Assembly (NCBI GenBank): GCA_964187785.1
Contig: OZ076409.1
Coordinates: 94,862,001 to 94,926,000 of the forward strand
Source: Amphiscolops sp. MND2022
Taxonomy: Eukaryota
Reading direction: 5' to 3'
DNA: 64,000 bases
In this document: positions 1 through 11,763 of the stretch, piece by piece
Numbering within the stretch: the stretch's first letter is position 1
Layout of the letters: each line of letters starts with the position of its first letter
Made by a program: the position numbers and the translations under genes
The notes under the pieces: generated by a model
Databases searched by the model: none
What the model was told of the DNA's origin: nothing
Seen by the model: only the letters and a program-made list of their open reading frames with translations

Positions 1-195
1 TGTGTACATCAAAACTTAGGCGTTTTTGGCTTGTAGTACGCTGGTGTTTAATGCCAGATAGACTTCGCATATCCTGTATATGTCCATGTATAGCAAATCT
101 TAGACGGTTTTGGCCTAGAGTATGGTACTATATAATAAACGAGACTGCATATTCACTGTATAAGCTTGTGTATATCAAATCTTAGATGATTTTGA
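1..195. repeat. Degenerate ~83-bp tandem repeat downstream of Polinton A pPolB
   Basis: Core TGTA-n-n-n-CAAA-n-CTTAG recurs at ~3, ~87 and ~169, with similar flanking text (TTTTGGC, GAC..GCATAT). Confidence 0.6.
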
Positions 196-364
196 TATAC
201 TGTTCAGTTAGATTCTCTCATTACTCAATCCGTTTCGCTGTTGCTCAGCCTATGAAATTGAAGCAAAAACTGATTTCAAGCAGAACTATTAAAGCCACTC
301 AAAGAATAATATAGCAAACAATATGAGCTTTCATGAACAATACTTTAGTTGAATTATCAAGTTT

Positions 365-3300
365 CTATTCGCTGTCGCTCTCCGAATCACTGATTTTGGC
401 TCTTTTTCTTCGTTTTCTTGGTTCCTCGTCGCTTCCAAAATCCACGTATCGTTCGATATCAAACAGCAAGTTTCTCTCATCCTCTGTATACTGCGCAATC
501 ACTTGAATATCACTCGAATGGCTACTTTGGGTGTCTGGTGATGCCCTTTTCTCATCTTCATCACAAGATAGAATGAAGCTTTCTAGATCAACATCTTCCG
601 CTTCATCATCTATGAAAGGATTTTGTGATGCAAGTGACTGCTCGTCATCAGGCTGATCCAAGTCTGCTAAATAGTTGTAGAGTTCTTCTTCCGAATAGCT
701 TCTCTGATGCAATCCAGGATCCGGTGGTGACCAGTCTAGCATCTGATCGTATGTGTTATCAAACACGTTGGCAGTGCCAGAGCGTTGCTCGTTACTTTCT
801 TGATCATTGATTGGCAACCACCCGAATGATTGAAATTCGCTCCACGTGGGACTGGGAGGCGTTGAATCTTCTCCCCAGTCATCATCGTCCAGTATATCTT
901 GAAGAAGCGCCTTGTCTCTGATTGCATAGTGTGCCAATGGCAAACAGGTAACCCCATCTTCTTTAATGTATCGCTTGTCATCAAAGCAACTGAGAGAGAG
1001 TTTATTTGTCCGGATTGTCTGCAGTTGGTGGTCTACTGAACCAATGCGGGTATTGATTGCTCTGAATGATTCCCCAGTGAGTAGAACTCGTCGGTACACT
1101 TCGTGCTTCAGTTTGTTTTGAGCAGACTGAGTGACCCCCTTTGCTGACATTTTTTGTTTTCCACCGTAAAGTATGGAGTACATTTTCGGTTTCAATCCGA
1201 TGAATTCCTGAATTGGAACTCCTCCAAACGCATCCTTGAACTTTAATGTCACCAGCTTTTGTGAATCGTTGTATAGATTATGGGAGAGGGGGTAGTTTGA
1301 CAAGTCAAAATTTTGTCTCAGGTCTCGGTTCGTCTCTAGTTCCTTGTAAAAATCTTTTCCTTTAATTTCGTAAAGCAATGAGTCGGTGTCTGAGTACATG
1401 AGCCGGCAATCAAAGTTTGGCTTCATTACATTGTAATGGAAATTGTACATGTAGTACTTTGCGAGATCAAGGATGCTCGCACCCACGATTGTTGGTTTGT
1501 TCCACAAAATCATTCGCTTCCTCACAATCAAAGCTGCCAAGTTTTGATCAAAGATTTTGAATGCTTGGAATAGGTGATTCGAAGTTTGTTTCTTCACCTC
1601 TTCTTGAGAGCGCACAAAGCGCAAGTTTACTCTCCTTCGCTTACTCTCGAGTGTCTTTCCATAACAGCTATTGTTCATAAGTTTGTAGAATCCTTCTACG
1701 AATTTGTTTTTAGCTTGCTGTCGTTTAGTTGTGTTCAGTTGGATGTAAGGTTTCAACCATTTCGCCTGATGAAACTGAAGTACTTTGTGAACCTTTGTAA
1801 CTTTCATACCCAGACTGACATACAACTTGAGAGTAATATAATGTACAGTATAGTTCGTCCTGTCAGACAGTGTCTGGACCAATTTCCTTGTTTTGCTGCT
1901 GGAATGTAATGAATTGTTTTTTTTTCAGAATGTCTTGTTGCCAAGAGCTCAAGTCTTGATATGAAAAGATCTCCTTGGTAGGCGCCAGTGGAAAATCGCG
2001 GTGTGAATCATGGAGGCAATCAGGATACTCCAGATCAACTTCGAGAGTATAGCCAATTGATGAGTCGTTTGAAGTTTTCAGAATATGTTGTAAGTCAAGG
2101 TTTACTGTCTCATAGTTGTTCAGTGGTAGGGGAAGTTTTTCCATGATTCCCCCATAGAGGTTATTTGCGTCTAACAGTAATCCATAAGTTTCCTCTTGAG
2201 TTGGATCATAGTTGTCGAGATATTTGTTGTTACACTTGAAATGGCGCTTTTCGTAAACTGAAGACACCCCTCCGCGTATCATGTTTTCAACCATTTCCAG
2301 GTGTTCTCGCTCTGTAACGAGGCAAAGATCTGCTTTACAAGTCCGGAGGAAAGCGTCTCCTGACAAGTGGGAGCTGGATATGTATTGAATGCTGTCTACT
2401 TTGTACGTTTCATAGCACACCCTTCTGAATTCTTCCACCACGCAAGCTAGAAGAAGCGTGTCGGTTTTCAAGTACAGGTCATGATAATCACCAAGATTTT
2501 CACAGCCAAACGTCTTGAATACAATGTTTGCGTGGTGCCATTGTTCTTCGGTTATGCTCTGCTCTCCTTCTTTGAGCGAGTTTGTCCAGCAATCAATGGA
2601 AGGTAACGCAGTCTCTTGGAATTTTGAATGATCATCAAAATAGGAATAAGGATAAAAACCTTTTCCGTGAAGCAACCGCCTCTTTTCTTCCGTATAACCA
2701 CCGAAGTGGTTGTCCAGAAAACTGAATTTCTCTGCTGGAAGATTGCTCACTAACTTTTCCAGCGAGTTTGTCGACAAATGAATCGACAAACCTGAGATAT
2801 TCGTAAACGGTTTTCTCCAAACCGTTTTTGTCTTTGTAGGTGCGAACTGGAACACCAACAGCCAGACTTATATACCTTTCACTTGTCTGTGGTATGACAT
2901 TGATTCTGCAGTCTTTGGCAAAGTGATGAAGTTCTTTGCAAAGGTGGTGTAAGTCATAGTTTGAAAGGTTGTGTGCAACGACAGGTATAAAGTTGAGCGT
3001 TCTACGTTTAAGGTTGCATTCGTTGTGAGCAAGTCCCAGAAAATTTCCAGTATGATGACAATGGTCCAGCACTTTAGCTTCTTCGCCGAAGGGTTTTTCG
3101 CAAATCCAACAGTCAATTATTTCATCCGGATCTATCGGTGCTGTTCCTGTGAAGTATCTATGAGTCTGTTTCCTTGCATGAAATTCGCGAGCAATGGATT
3201 CTAGAGCTTTAATCAGTTTTTCCATGCAGTCCTCTGATCTCTCGAGTTGAACAAAAAGCGGTTCGGTGTTTCCGTGCTCAACGCCAACTAAACAAAATCC

Positions 3301-4957
3301 ACATGGTTGGTGTAGTTCGACAGTCTCCGTGTTTTGACTTTCCTGACAACATTGAGCCAGCGGTTTGATGAGGGATTCCAAGTCAAAGTAAATTGTTAAG
3401 GGTGCAAACCAGCGTGCTTTGTAATTGCTGAATTTTACTTTGTTTTTGCCTTCAGTGGGCATTTTTATGATTGCAGGTTCATTGTGGAGACAACTCTTCG
3501 CATGTCTCTCGTATACTTCACTTGATGCACAAATGTGGAAACAATTGCGACATAAGTGTTCGCCATAGTTGTGTGTTCTCTTTTTCACAGTGCAAATCAA
3601 GACTTTGAGATTTGTTATCAGAACATAGTGATGCGTGAAGCCATCCTCCAACAGAAGTAAGTCAACGTCGAGAAGATTGCCATTTCTATTTGACACTCGA
3701 ACAGGTACAATTGATTTGTTTTCGAACCTGTTAACATGAACAAAAGTTTAGGCATATGAGCATGAAACGTTGAAAACTGTAGTGAACGTTTTTTTCCGTC
3801 GTTTTTTTTTACCGTCTTCAAAAGTTTTACCGGTCTTGTTTTACCAATAAAATGAATTTTACTTACTGGAAAATATTGATTCTGCATTTGTTGATTTCTT
3901 CGAAGCGTGGAATTTGTCCCAGGCCCATGGGCATGTCGAATTCACCTCTTGGCTGATGAGCAACGGGGTTTGCATCCGAGTATGTCCTGGGATCAGTTCT
4001 GTTTAGTCGTAGATGTTGTCCGGGTGGGGTAAGTGCTGGTCCATACTTTCGATGCCAGGCTGCGGTGAAACAATACAGAAAGCAATTGTGATCTTCACGG
4101 TTGCGTATGTTCAATAATGAGTTGCTGTTTTGTAGTTTGTTGGGTAGCGCGATATATGACGAACCCGTCATTGGGGCAAACAGTGCCAGTCTAACTTCAA
4201 GCTGAACAATTTTAACAACCATCCAACCACTCCCGGACGCTGTGAATGTATAAAGAGTGGCCAGCATTTTCTCAACCATTTCCAAGTACTGTTCGTTCTT
4301 TTGACCCTCCTTGTACACTGCTTGCATATTGCAACGCACATAAATAGAGAGACTATCATCGTCATCATCTTGAAGTGGTTTTTCTAGTTGAATAGTTGCA
4401 CAAAGTTGTACTTTTTGTGAATTGCGAACGGTGTTTTGAAGTATGATTCTGTGAACTTCTGCCTTTTTCTCCATCATGAATTCAAAAAGATCCTCTTCTC
4501 TGTTAGCCAGAATAGTGTACACTTTTAGCGATCCGTTTATTGCTGTAGTGGTTGGCTTCTTTCCATCGCTCGTCTCCGCTTTTATGGGGCGAGGTAAACC
4601 ATGCACTTCTTCCTGGTGTTTGTAGAGAGACTCGGAGTTATTGAATGCTGTAATGCAGTAAGAGCAAATTCGATGGATAAGTTGATTATGCACCTTTTTG
4701 AAATGTAAAGACAATTGCAGAATGAATTTTGTTTTGAAGGGACACAGAGCGCACTGTTTCACTGATTTATGCCCTACGTAATCGTGAATTTCTCGGGTGT
4801 GGCGATTCATATTTTGACGGCAAGAGAATGTTTTATCACATTGAGGTCAAGCAACTCTTGGTTTTTTCGAAGTACCCTGATGAATTTTTGATCGGAGGTG
4901 GCTATTTAAAGCCAGTCGATTGACAAACTTTCTATCGCAAGTTTCACAAATTAGCAT
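365..4957 (-). pseudogene. Protein-primed DNA polymerase B (pPolB), element A; disrupted
   Basis: N-terminal C2H2 fingers (MLICETCDRKF.., CALCPF, CSYC); OTU-like NCFLYC...HHYVLI; EndoVII-type CWIC..DHCH..G.AHNECNL; RFVDSF, KGFYPY, DANNLYG, KLMNNSCYGK, YSDTDS, KPKMY, DDKR. Nonsense codon near 4848, frameshifts near 2775 and 1915, one intron. Confidence 0.93.
3728..3866 (-). other. Spliceosomal GT-AG intron in element A pPolB
   Basis: Donor CA|GTAAGT, acceptor TGTTAACAG|G, CTAAAC branch-like motif upstream of the acceptor. Removal restores the frame (INIFQFENKSIVPVRVSN..VDLLLL), colinear with element B (VNVFILEKKDLLPLRVSK..MDLLLL). Confidence 0.85.
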
Positions 4958-5478
4958 TTTGACAACTGCTCGCTGAACAATTTTTCAAGTAATGATCAAT
5001 TTTACTGCTTAGTCTAGATTTTCAAAAAATTATTGAAAAACTTTCTGAAATTTAAAGAAACATTCTCTGGATGACTTTATTGCTTCCTTCTCTTTTGAAG
5101 TTTTGTTTGTTGCGGTCTTTTTTTTGCTTTCGCTCGCTTTTGCCGCGCGCTTCTTAGATTTGTCATCTTCCGCTACTGAGAAAATGTCAAGTTGCACACT
5201 CGAGTTTGGACAGAATAGCGTCCCTTTTGTTTGTTTGCTTCACCTCAGCTAACGCAAGTCGCGGTTGGTTGCTGAGAGAAAAGGACGCGCAGACAGACAA
5301 GTCTTGAGAACTTTCATATTTTTAGCGTTGCAAAAAATCAACAAGAAACTGATCACTTTTCGTATAAACATTCCACTCTCAAGTTGATAACCTTCGCTTT
5401 GAATTTTCAAAATATTTTGAATTTTTCTTCGTTTTTCGCTCTCTTTCCTTGTCTCTGAAATTTTGAAACAATTTCAAC

Positions 5479-6102
5479 ATGGACTTTTATGAAGAAGTTA
5501 TTTACGAACAGTCCAAATTCAAAGAGGCACTGACCAGAATTGTATTCGACCCCGAAATAATCCCGATACACTCCTGTTTACGACCTGAGGATGACCTTCA
5601 GTCATGCTACGGACCTGTTCAGAAGAAGAGTGTTGGTTTCTCAGATTACTTCACAATCTACAACTACTCTGCTGAGGAAACCTACGTCGACATGTCTGGG
5701 TACAAGAACTTGCCACACCCCCGACGAAAAGAGACTTACAGGCTCTTCCCGGCAAATTTCGCGGCCAGGGGTCTTCAGAAGTGGCGCCAAAATTTACCAC
5801 CACATTTTGACGCCTCACAATTATGGGGCTATGAAAACCTCTTCATGGACCCGTATTCTGTCTGGGGCTTGGCATCTGAGGAGATACAATTCAAACTCAA
5901 TCCTATGCCCTCGATTCTAAAGCGTGATGGTGCTGCTTCCCGAAAGAAGAAATTAGTGCGCTTCGCGCTCATGCAAGAAGAAGTTTCTGTCAACGGTGAC
6001 AAAACTCAAACTTTTGTCGTCTTTGATCCCCTCCCTAACTGCTGGAAAGCAAACATTCGTTTTGATTGTGGACCGTATTGGCTAAATTGTAGCATGTTGT
6101 AA
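5479..6102 (+). CDS. Polinton A accessory protein of unknown function (207 aa)
   Basis: Intact ATG ORF opposite to the core genes, in the variable slot between pPolB and protease; basic RKKK patch. Confidence 0.7.
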   Translation: MDFYEEVIYEQSKFKEALTRIVFDPEIIPIHSCLRPEDDLQSCYGPVQKKSVGFSDYFTIYNYSAEETYVDMSGYKNLPHPRRKETYRLFPANFAARGLQKWRQNLPPHFDASQLWGYENLFMDPYSVWGLASEEIQFKLNPMPSILKRDGAASRKKKLVRFALMQEEVSVNGDKTQTFVVFDPLPNCWKANIRFDCGPYWLNCSML

Positions 6103-6328
6103 ATAATTCTTGTTCCGTCTCTTTTAAATTACCTGTGATTTGTAAATATCATTTTATCTATTTGTTCGTTCAGTCTTTAGTTTTGTCAAATGACTGACGG
6201 TCTTTATTGACAAATTTTTCTTCCTCCTAATTGAATGTGTAGTTTTTCGTTTTCTCTGAAAAGATGTGAAGTATAAGCTGTTAATTGAGGGTTCCAGCGT
6301 TGTAGATCATACATTTTTTGTTCAAGTA

Positions 6329-6771
6329 TCATATGATAAAATGATGTATAAATCGAAAAGGCTCCTTTTCACTTATGAATGGTATAGTAGGATAGTAGCC
6401 ACTAAAAATGTAATGAGCAATATATATATATATATACAGTAGAGTCCGCATAAGTCTGATGATAGTTTCTGCAAGGGTTCCTTGATAAGTTCGCTCACTC
6501 CGAAATCTGCAAATGATAACCGGTCACAAATATGCTTGTAGTAGTGAATAGGTAGTCCAAGTGGATCTGCAAAAACTAGGTCATCATCTTTTTTGCGACC
6601 AAGTAAAATCCAATGAGTGCCTTTATGATTTGCTTTGTCAGAGTTTACAATCAAGAATGATTGGCAATCAATATAAAGGGGAAAGTTGTCTGCTGCATAG
6701 ACACCTGCAAATTTGTACTTGAGATGTACGCATCGGTTGATTAGACGCCACAATTCTACCTCGTCAATCAT
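6329..6771 (-). pseudogene. Adenain-like cysteine protease, element A; frameshift at a (TA)n run
   Basis: IVNSD..GTHW, FADPLG, LQ...LCGLYC motifs. The C-terminus IAHYIFSGYYP..FRFIHHF is in another frame after TATATA at ~6421-6436. Homologous to 25671..26111. Confidence 0.88.
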
Positions 6772-8088
6772 TTTTTAGTCTCAATTCCAGTTTCTATAGG
6801 ACGATTTTTGGAGACTTTTTTCTGCGAATTGATGTAGATAACCGATGATCTCTCCCCCAGGAAAAATATCTCAGTGTTTGCTGCCAAACCTGCTGTAAAC
6901 CGTAGTCCTACAGAGATTGAAGCATTAGTGAGTTCGGGATACAAGTAATCATGCGACGCTTGTTGGGGGTACTAGTCATGTCAAAAACCATGAAATAGTG
7001 ATCTGTAAATTTGCTGAATGGTATTCCATGTCCGTGATGGCCAAAGGCTAGTGCCTCAAGCGAATTTAAGTAAAGTTTCTTGTCGTCATCGGTTTGCAAA
7101 GGGGTGCCGGCAACTGGGTATCCATTGCGATAAACAGTTATTGTTGCGAGATTGAACTTTTGAAAATGAAATGGGTTAAGTTTTTTACCACCAAGGAATG
7201 CTCTGTTTGATGTCATTGCAATGGCAAATCTGCGTATGGGTTCGCCGCTGAAAATGTTTTCTTGGTTCCAACTGTTACTGTTTTGTGGCATCAGAAAAGA
7301 TTTTGGAATTATTTCTGTATAGCGATACATTGCATTTGTTTTCGTAAAGCTGTTTCAATCGCTGTGTATACATTTTCGGAAACTGTCATTTTGCGCACAT
7401 GTAAATTTGCTTGTGTAATTTCAACTTTATAGTCTTTGGCATCATCGTCGTAAATGACGCAAAACTCTGGCCTTGTTCGAAGGAAGGTTAGGCGAAGGGT
7501 AACTCCACTGAACAAATGCTTGTCACACGTAAAGAAATCAGCAGCAATTTTTCCAATCAAGGTAATTGTATTTGAAGTTCGCGTCTCTTGCTCCCTGCTA
7601 GTGAAGGCAGCGGTGGTAAAATCAGAAGGATCTTCTTCATAATTGTAACCTTGACATTTCAACCAAGTGTCTTTACTCTCTTTGTTTGTCGAAAATTCCG
7701 TTTCCAGGAATGCCTTTGGTGCATAATAACCGTTTGCAGAGGATATTCTCACCTCATTTGCCACAATATTACAGTCTGAGAATAGAGAATGCAAAGCATT
7801 GTTTACAAATATTGGTGAATCAGTGTTTGCAGCACTCGTCGCATCATACCGCAAAGCATTGCCATTCCCGCGCTTGATGTTACACTTCACTTCCGGATAA
7901 ATGTTTTGCAAATCAATAAAATTGGTTCGATCACCTGTCACCACAAATTCCAAAGTTGGTCCGTTGGGGGCATAGAGAGGTCCAATTCGTTGTTCAAATG
8001 AGGAGTCAAATGTAATCAAGAGTGGCGCTCTTTCGAAAATGTCTAAAGAGCTATGAGAAGCTTCAACTGGTAGAGCGTTAGGCAACAT
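6768..8088 (-). pseudogene. Major capsid protein (double jelly-roll/hexon-like), element A; two frameshifts
   Basis: Closely similar to the intact MCP at 26115..27422 (MLPN.LP.EASHSSLDIFER, NPFH.QK.NL, FDM/LTST). Frameshifts near 7345 and 6965. Confidence 0.9.
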
Positions 8089-8437
8089 TTCTCACTTTTG
8101 AAAAGAAATTGGACCGACTTCTCGCTGACTTTCTTTTTCGTTTAATGACTTGTCGTTTTTTGCGACCTCCAATCTGTTTCTTTATTGTTTTTCTAATGGC
8201 TGACTTTGCTGCTTGTTTAGAAGATTTCTTTTTGGAGACAACTTCTACCAATTCAGGAAGAGTGTTTGCTATCAAGTCTTTACCAATTGATTTGACTGCG
8301 GGCAGTAGAAACTTTTTCGCGAATGGTAATGCAACACGACCTACTCCTGCCGCCAAGGAACCGATGCCACTTCCACGTTGACGAGAATAGCCAGTAAAAT
8401 GAGGTAAAACAGCTTGGCGGGTATAATATGCATCCAT
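8078..8437 (-). CDS. Small basic core-like virion protein
   Basis: YY..Q...RQRGSGIG motif, amphipathic segment, QIGG, K/R-rich tail; homologue at 27412..27786. Confidence 0.8.
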   Translation of the reverse strand: MDAYYTRQAVLPHFTGYSRQRGSGIGSLAAGVGRVALPFAKKFLLPAVKSIGKDLIANTLPELVEVVSKKKSSKQAAKSAIRKTIKKQIGGRKKRQVIKRKRKSARSRSNFFSKVRNVA

Positions 8438-8439
8438 TT

Positions 8440-9298
8440 TCAAAATTTGCGAAATTTCAGAGTCAAAGCAACCCTGCCAGTGCCAACAAATGGTACTCTT
8501 CGCCCCGTGACTGAAATCAATTCAATCTGAATCTCTTGAATCGTAGTAGTAATCAACTTTTTGAACTGCAGTTCGGTGAAGATCTTGTGGTCTGTAACTG
8601 ATGACGTTTCGAGTTTGTCTTCAACCACTCGCCGTGAATTGTCGATAAGGCGAAGTAAAGGCGACTTTACTCCAGCAACGTGTTGTTGTTCAATGATGTT
8701 CAAGTTTACAAAAAACATGGACGTAGCAGCTGTTAGATCAGGTGGATAAGTGTTTTTGATTGGCTGTTGCATTTTAACCACTTTTTGGTTGCTTCCAATA
8801 AAGAACCCTCCTCGGTTTGGATCTGCCACTCCCTGAATTCCCAAGATATCCAAAAGGCTCCTATCTCTGACACTTATACCATATCCATCAGCAAAGTTGA
8901 GTTCAACGTTGTCATCCTCGAATAACGTAGAGGTTAAAGGTTTTTTTAGTTTCAGTTCCCTTTTCAAGTTTCTTGAGAATACTTTTGATAGTGATATACT
9001 CTCCGGCATCAAATTCGGCATTTTCAGACCAATCCTCTCGTCTCACTACTACGCCTGCTCCATCTCTCCTTATTGTCACTGGTGTGCTGTCATATGGAGT
9101 TTTAGGAGTGTAAATCGTGTAGTCATTTGTCGTGATGTTTTTTACATTGGTTGGGTGAATAATTTCGGCCAACGCTACTCTCCAATCACCTTCCAAGTTG
9201 ATTGGATGAGCCAGCAAGTTTCTGAATACGGACATTGTGTTATCTTTGTAAATGTTCATGGAGCCTGTCGACTGGAGATAAATGTCAAACTCGTCCAT
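8440..9298 (-). pseudogene. Minor capsid protein (penton-like), element A; homopolymer frameshift
   Basis: N-term MDEFDIYLQS..NT..FRN.L..I.LEGDWRVALAEI and C-term LLR...LQFKKL..IQEI.IEL..G..VPF..G.V.LTLKF. Frame change at the T7 run ~8941-8947. Confidence 0.85.
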
Positions 9299-10265
9299 TT
9301 GTCTTGGTCAATTCGGGCTCGTAAAATTTGCCTTGGATAGTTTCACCGTCAGCGTCTGTCAAGTTGTATGTGGGTGGATTGAATGTTGCAATTCTTCTGA
9401 TGGTGAATATCTCGTCAGTAAAAATTTGTTTGTACCCTTTTTTGAATGGTAAATATTGCTTTGCTATCCGAACTGTGTCTCCAACTTGAAATCGAGGTTT
9501 TTTGACCAATTTTGCTGATTTTTCCGCTGCAAGAGATCGTAAATGAGGTACGTGTTTTTTAGTAACTTTGTTTGGTGCCAGCCTTGTCACTCGATTGACA
9601 CGTGAGTTGATGGTGTCAACAAACTGACTCAACTTGTTTATGTAATGGTAAGTCCATTTGTGTTCTAAATGTTTATAAATAATGTTTTTGAGCGACCTAA
9701 TGTTCCTTTCAGCGTACGCTGACTTTGTTTCACTTTGAGTTGTGTACGTCTCTATTCCCTCTTGATCGCAAAGGTTCTTGAAGGCTCCTTTGAATTCTGT
9801 TCCTTTATCCGTCCAAACTTTTTGAGGCTTTTGTTTTTGAATCATTTTTCTGAAGGTTCGTGCTGTTTCCTCGGCACTCTTCGACCTCATTGGTGAAACT
9901 CGGAGATTTCGTGACAAAACATCCACTGCTACAAGCAAATATTTCACACCATTGTTGTATTTTGCCAGCTTGTCGACATAAGCAACATCGACTGACCAAA
10001 TTTCGTTAATGTCGTAAGCAATTACTTTGAGACGAGGAAAGTTTCTCCGAACTTGTCTATATTTCGTGTGGGCATTCTTTGTCTGTAAAAAGTTCTCTAT
10101 TTTTTTCCTCGGTAGTTTTGTTGCTTTTTGTAGGTTGTCGATACTTCCATATGCAGCACTGCCCTTAGTGTAAAATTGTTCCAACACTCTCAAATCATTC
10201 TGAGAGACTTTCCCAGCCTTTCTCAATTTCTTCTTCTTCAGAATCTTCGCTAGGTTGCTGCTCAT
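9285..10265 (-). CDS. Retroviral-like (rve) integrase, element A; intact
   Basis: WSVD...WTDKGTEF...AERNIR DDE triad; FQVGDTVRI, FKKGY, G.FYEPEL C-terminal motifs. Confidence 0.93.
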   Translation of the reverse strand: MSSNLAKILKKKKLRKAGKVSQNDLRVLEQFYTKGSAAYGSIDNLQKATKLPRKKIENFLQTKNAHTKYRQVRRNFPRLKVIAYDINEIWSVDVAYVDKLAKYNNGVKYLLVAVDVLSRNLRVSPMRSKSAEETARTFRKMIQKQKPQKVWTDKGTEFKGAFKNLCDQEGIETYTTQSETKSAYAERNIRSLKNIIYKHLEHKWTYHYINKLSQFVDTINSRVNRVTRLAPNKVTKKHVPHLRSLAAEKSAKLVKKPRFQVGDTVRIAKQYLPFKKGYKQIFTDEIFTIRRIATFNPPTYNLTDADGETIQGKFYEPELTKTNGRV

Positions 10266-10812
10266 CTTGTCGTTTGACTTTTTTCGATACTGGTTTTGGG
10301 CTTTTTGGTTTCAAAACAGCTCTAGGGCGTTTTGGTTTTACAATCTGCTTTGCTTCGGTATTTTCCACCAATTGAGGTCATATGTCCAGTCTATCTAGTA
10401 TTCGTTTGTAGTCGGGATCCTTACGGGAGAGGTTGGTTCGGCTTTGTTGAATATCAAAAAGGAAGGTGTTTGCATCCACAGCGGTTGTTCGGTCATCGAT
10501 CTTAACTTTGCCATCATCATCAATGGAAATTTTTTCGCTGCTGGTAATTTTGTCCAATATCAACTTTGACTTTTCCTTCTTTGAGGGTTTGAGCATTGAC
10601 AATGATTTTAGTACTCTGGTTTTAATGTCTTCTGGCTTTGTTTCAGTTTTTGATACAGTCTCTAGTTTCTTTTTCCTTTCAGGTTCACGTTGAAGGATAG
10701 TCAATAGTTTTGCCTTTTCAACAGCTGTTGGTTCATCCAACACATCCAATGCTCTTGGTTGTTTCTTGATGTAACTATCTTTAGGAATCAGTATAAATTC
10801 CTGAGCGCTCAT
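10195..10812 (-). pseudogene. Conserved Polinton ORF, element A; internal stop at 10378-10380
   Basis: MSAQEFILIPK..EKAK.LT.LQR matches element B 29558..30142. The reading frame continues past the TGA to ..KGWESLSE*. Confidence 0.75.
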
Positions 10813-11114
10813 TCTGTCAAATAACAATAACAGGATTCACCAATCTCTTGCATTAATTTGATTCCCTTTGCTGTAGAAAGAACTTGTCGTCGCTCCTGTT
10901 GGCTGGTTGAATGATTGCACAAAATTTTCAATTCCTTCTCAAACGGTAACAAATTTTCAACTGGGAATTGAATGTTTCCATTAATAATGTTAACAGCGCA
11001 CTCGCACAGAAACTTGATTGTCTTGTCACTGCAGCTATGCAAAATTTTTCGCAAATGTTTGCTTTTCTTGTTTTTTTGCCAATGCTTCAGTTTATGCAAG
11101 TTTTTCTCGTTCAT
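10809..11114 (-). CDS. Conserved small Polinton protein (101 aa)
   Basis: KFLCECAVNIINGNI..LC..S...ERRQVL..KG, shared with 30151..30453. Confidence 0.8.
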   Translation of the reverse strand: MNEKNLHKLKHWQKNKKSKHLRKILHSCSDKTIKFLCECAVNIINGNIQFPVENLLPFEKELKILCNHSTSQQERRQVLSTAKGIKLMQEIGESCYCYLTE

Positions 11115-11763
11115 TCGTAAGAGGTGTTTCTTTCGCTAATGACGGTGGAATGTAAAACTCAGTTGGTCCCGGTCCCACAATGTTGGAGCAATAACGCAAA
11201 GAGTCACTTGTTCGTGGGTCGAAGTCAATCATGAAATGACCAAATGGTTCATTTGTGGCCTTTTTACAGCGATCTCGAATGAATTCTGTATTGTTCAACT
11301 GTCTACCAAAAACATCAATTTGCTGTACATCCCGTGGTGATTTGAAGCGAATGATATGAGTCGTGTTGAGATCGATTGTGCGTGACCACTTGCTCTGGTG
11401 AAACAAATTATGTTTGACAAAAATGCAATTCACCTTTTTATGTCGACCAGAGACTGCAAGTTTCACAAACTCCTTCTCCTGGTAGATCTCTTCGCAAGAG
11501 TCATCAAAAACCAGTAGACAATTTTCATGGTTTTTAATCATTTCAAACTCTGAGCATGGTAGGAATTCTATATCTTCGATCTTGCCTTGCATTTCTTTGA
11601 ACAGTGGTTGGTACTCTTTGTAAAAGTAGTAAATTTTCCCGAGAGTTGGTTTGAATGTCGTTGGTGATGCAAGCATTTCGAAAATCAGTCGAGTTTTACC
11701 GGAGCCGCTCGGTCCTACCACTGACATGAAGAGTCGGTCGTTTGTGAAAATGATTTTATTCAT
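11092..11763 (-). CDS. FtsK/A32-like packaging ATPase, element A; intact
   Basis: Walker A GPSGSGKT, Walker B LLVFDD, GRH, HNLFHQ..SRTI.LN motifs. ATG at 11763 overlaps the upstream stop (ATGA). Confidence 0.92.
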   Translation of the reverse strand: MNKIIFTNDRLFMSVVGPSGSGKTRLIFEMLASPTTFKPTLGKIYYFYKEYQPLFKEMQGKIEDIEFLPCSEFEMIKNHENCLLVFDDSCEEIYQEKEFVKLAVSGRHKKVNCIFVKHNLFHQSKWSRTIDLNTTHIIRFKSPRDVQQIDVFGRQLNNTEFIRDRCKKATNEPFGHFMIDFDPRTSDSLRYCSNIVGPGPTEFYIPPSLAKETPLTNEREKLA

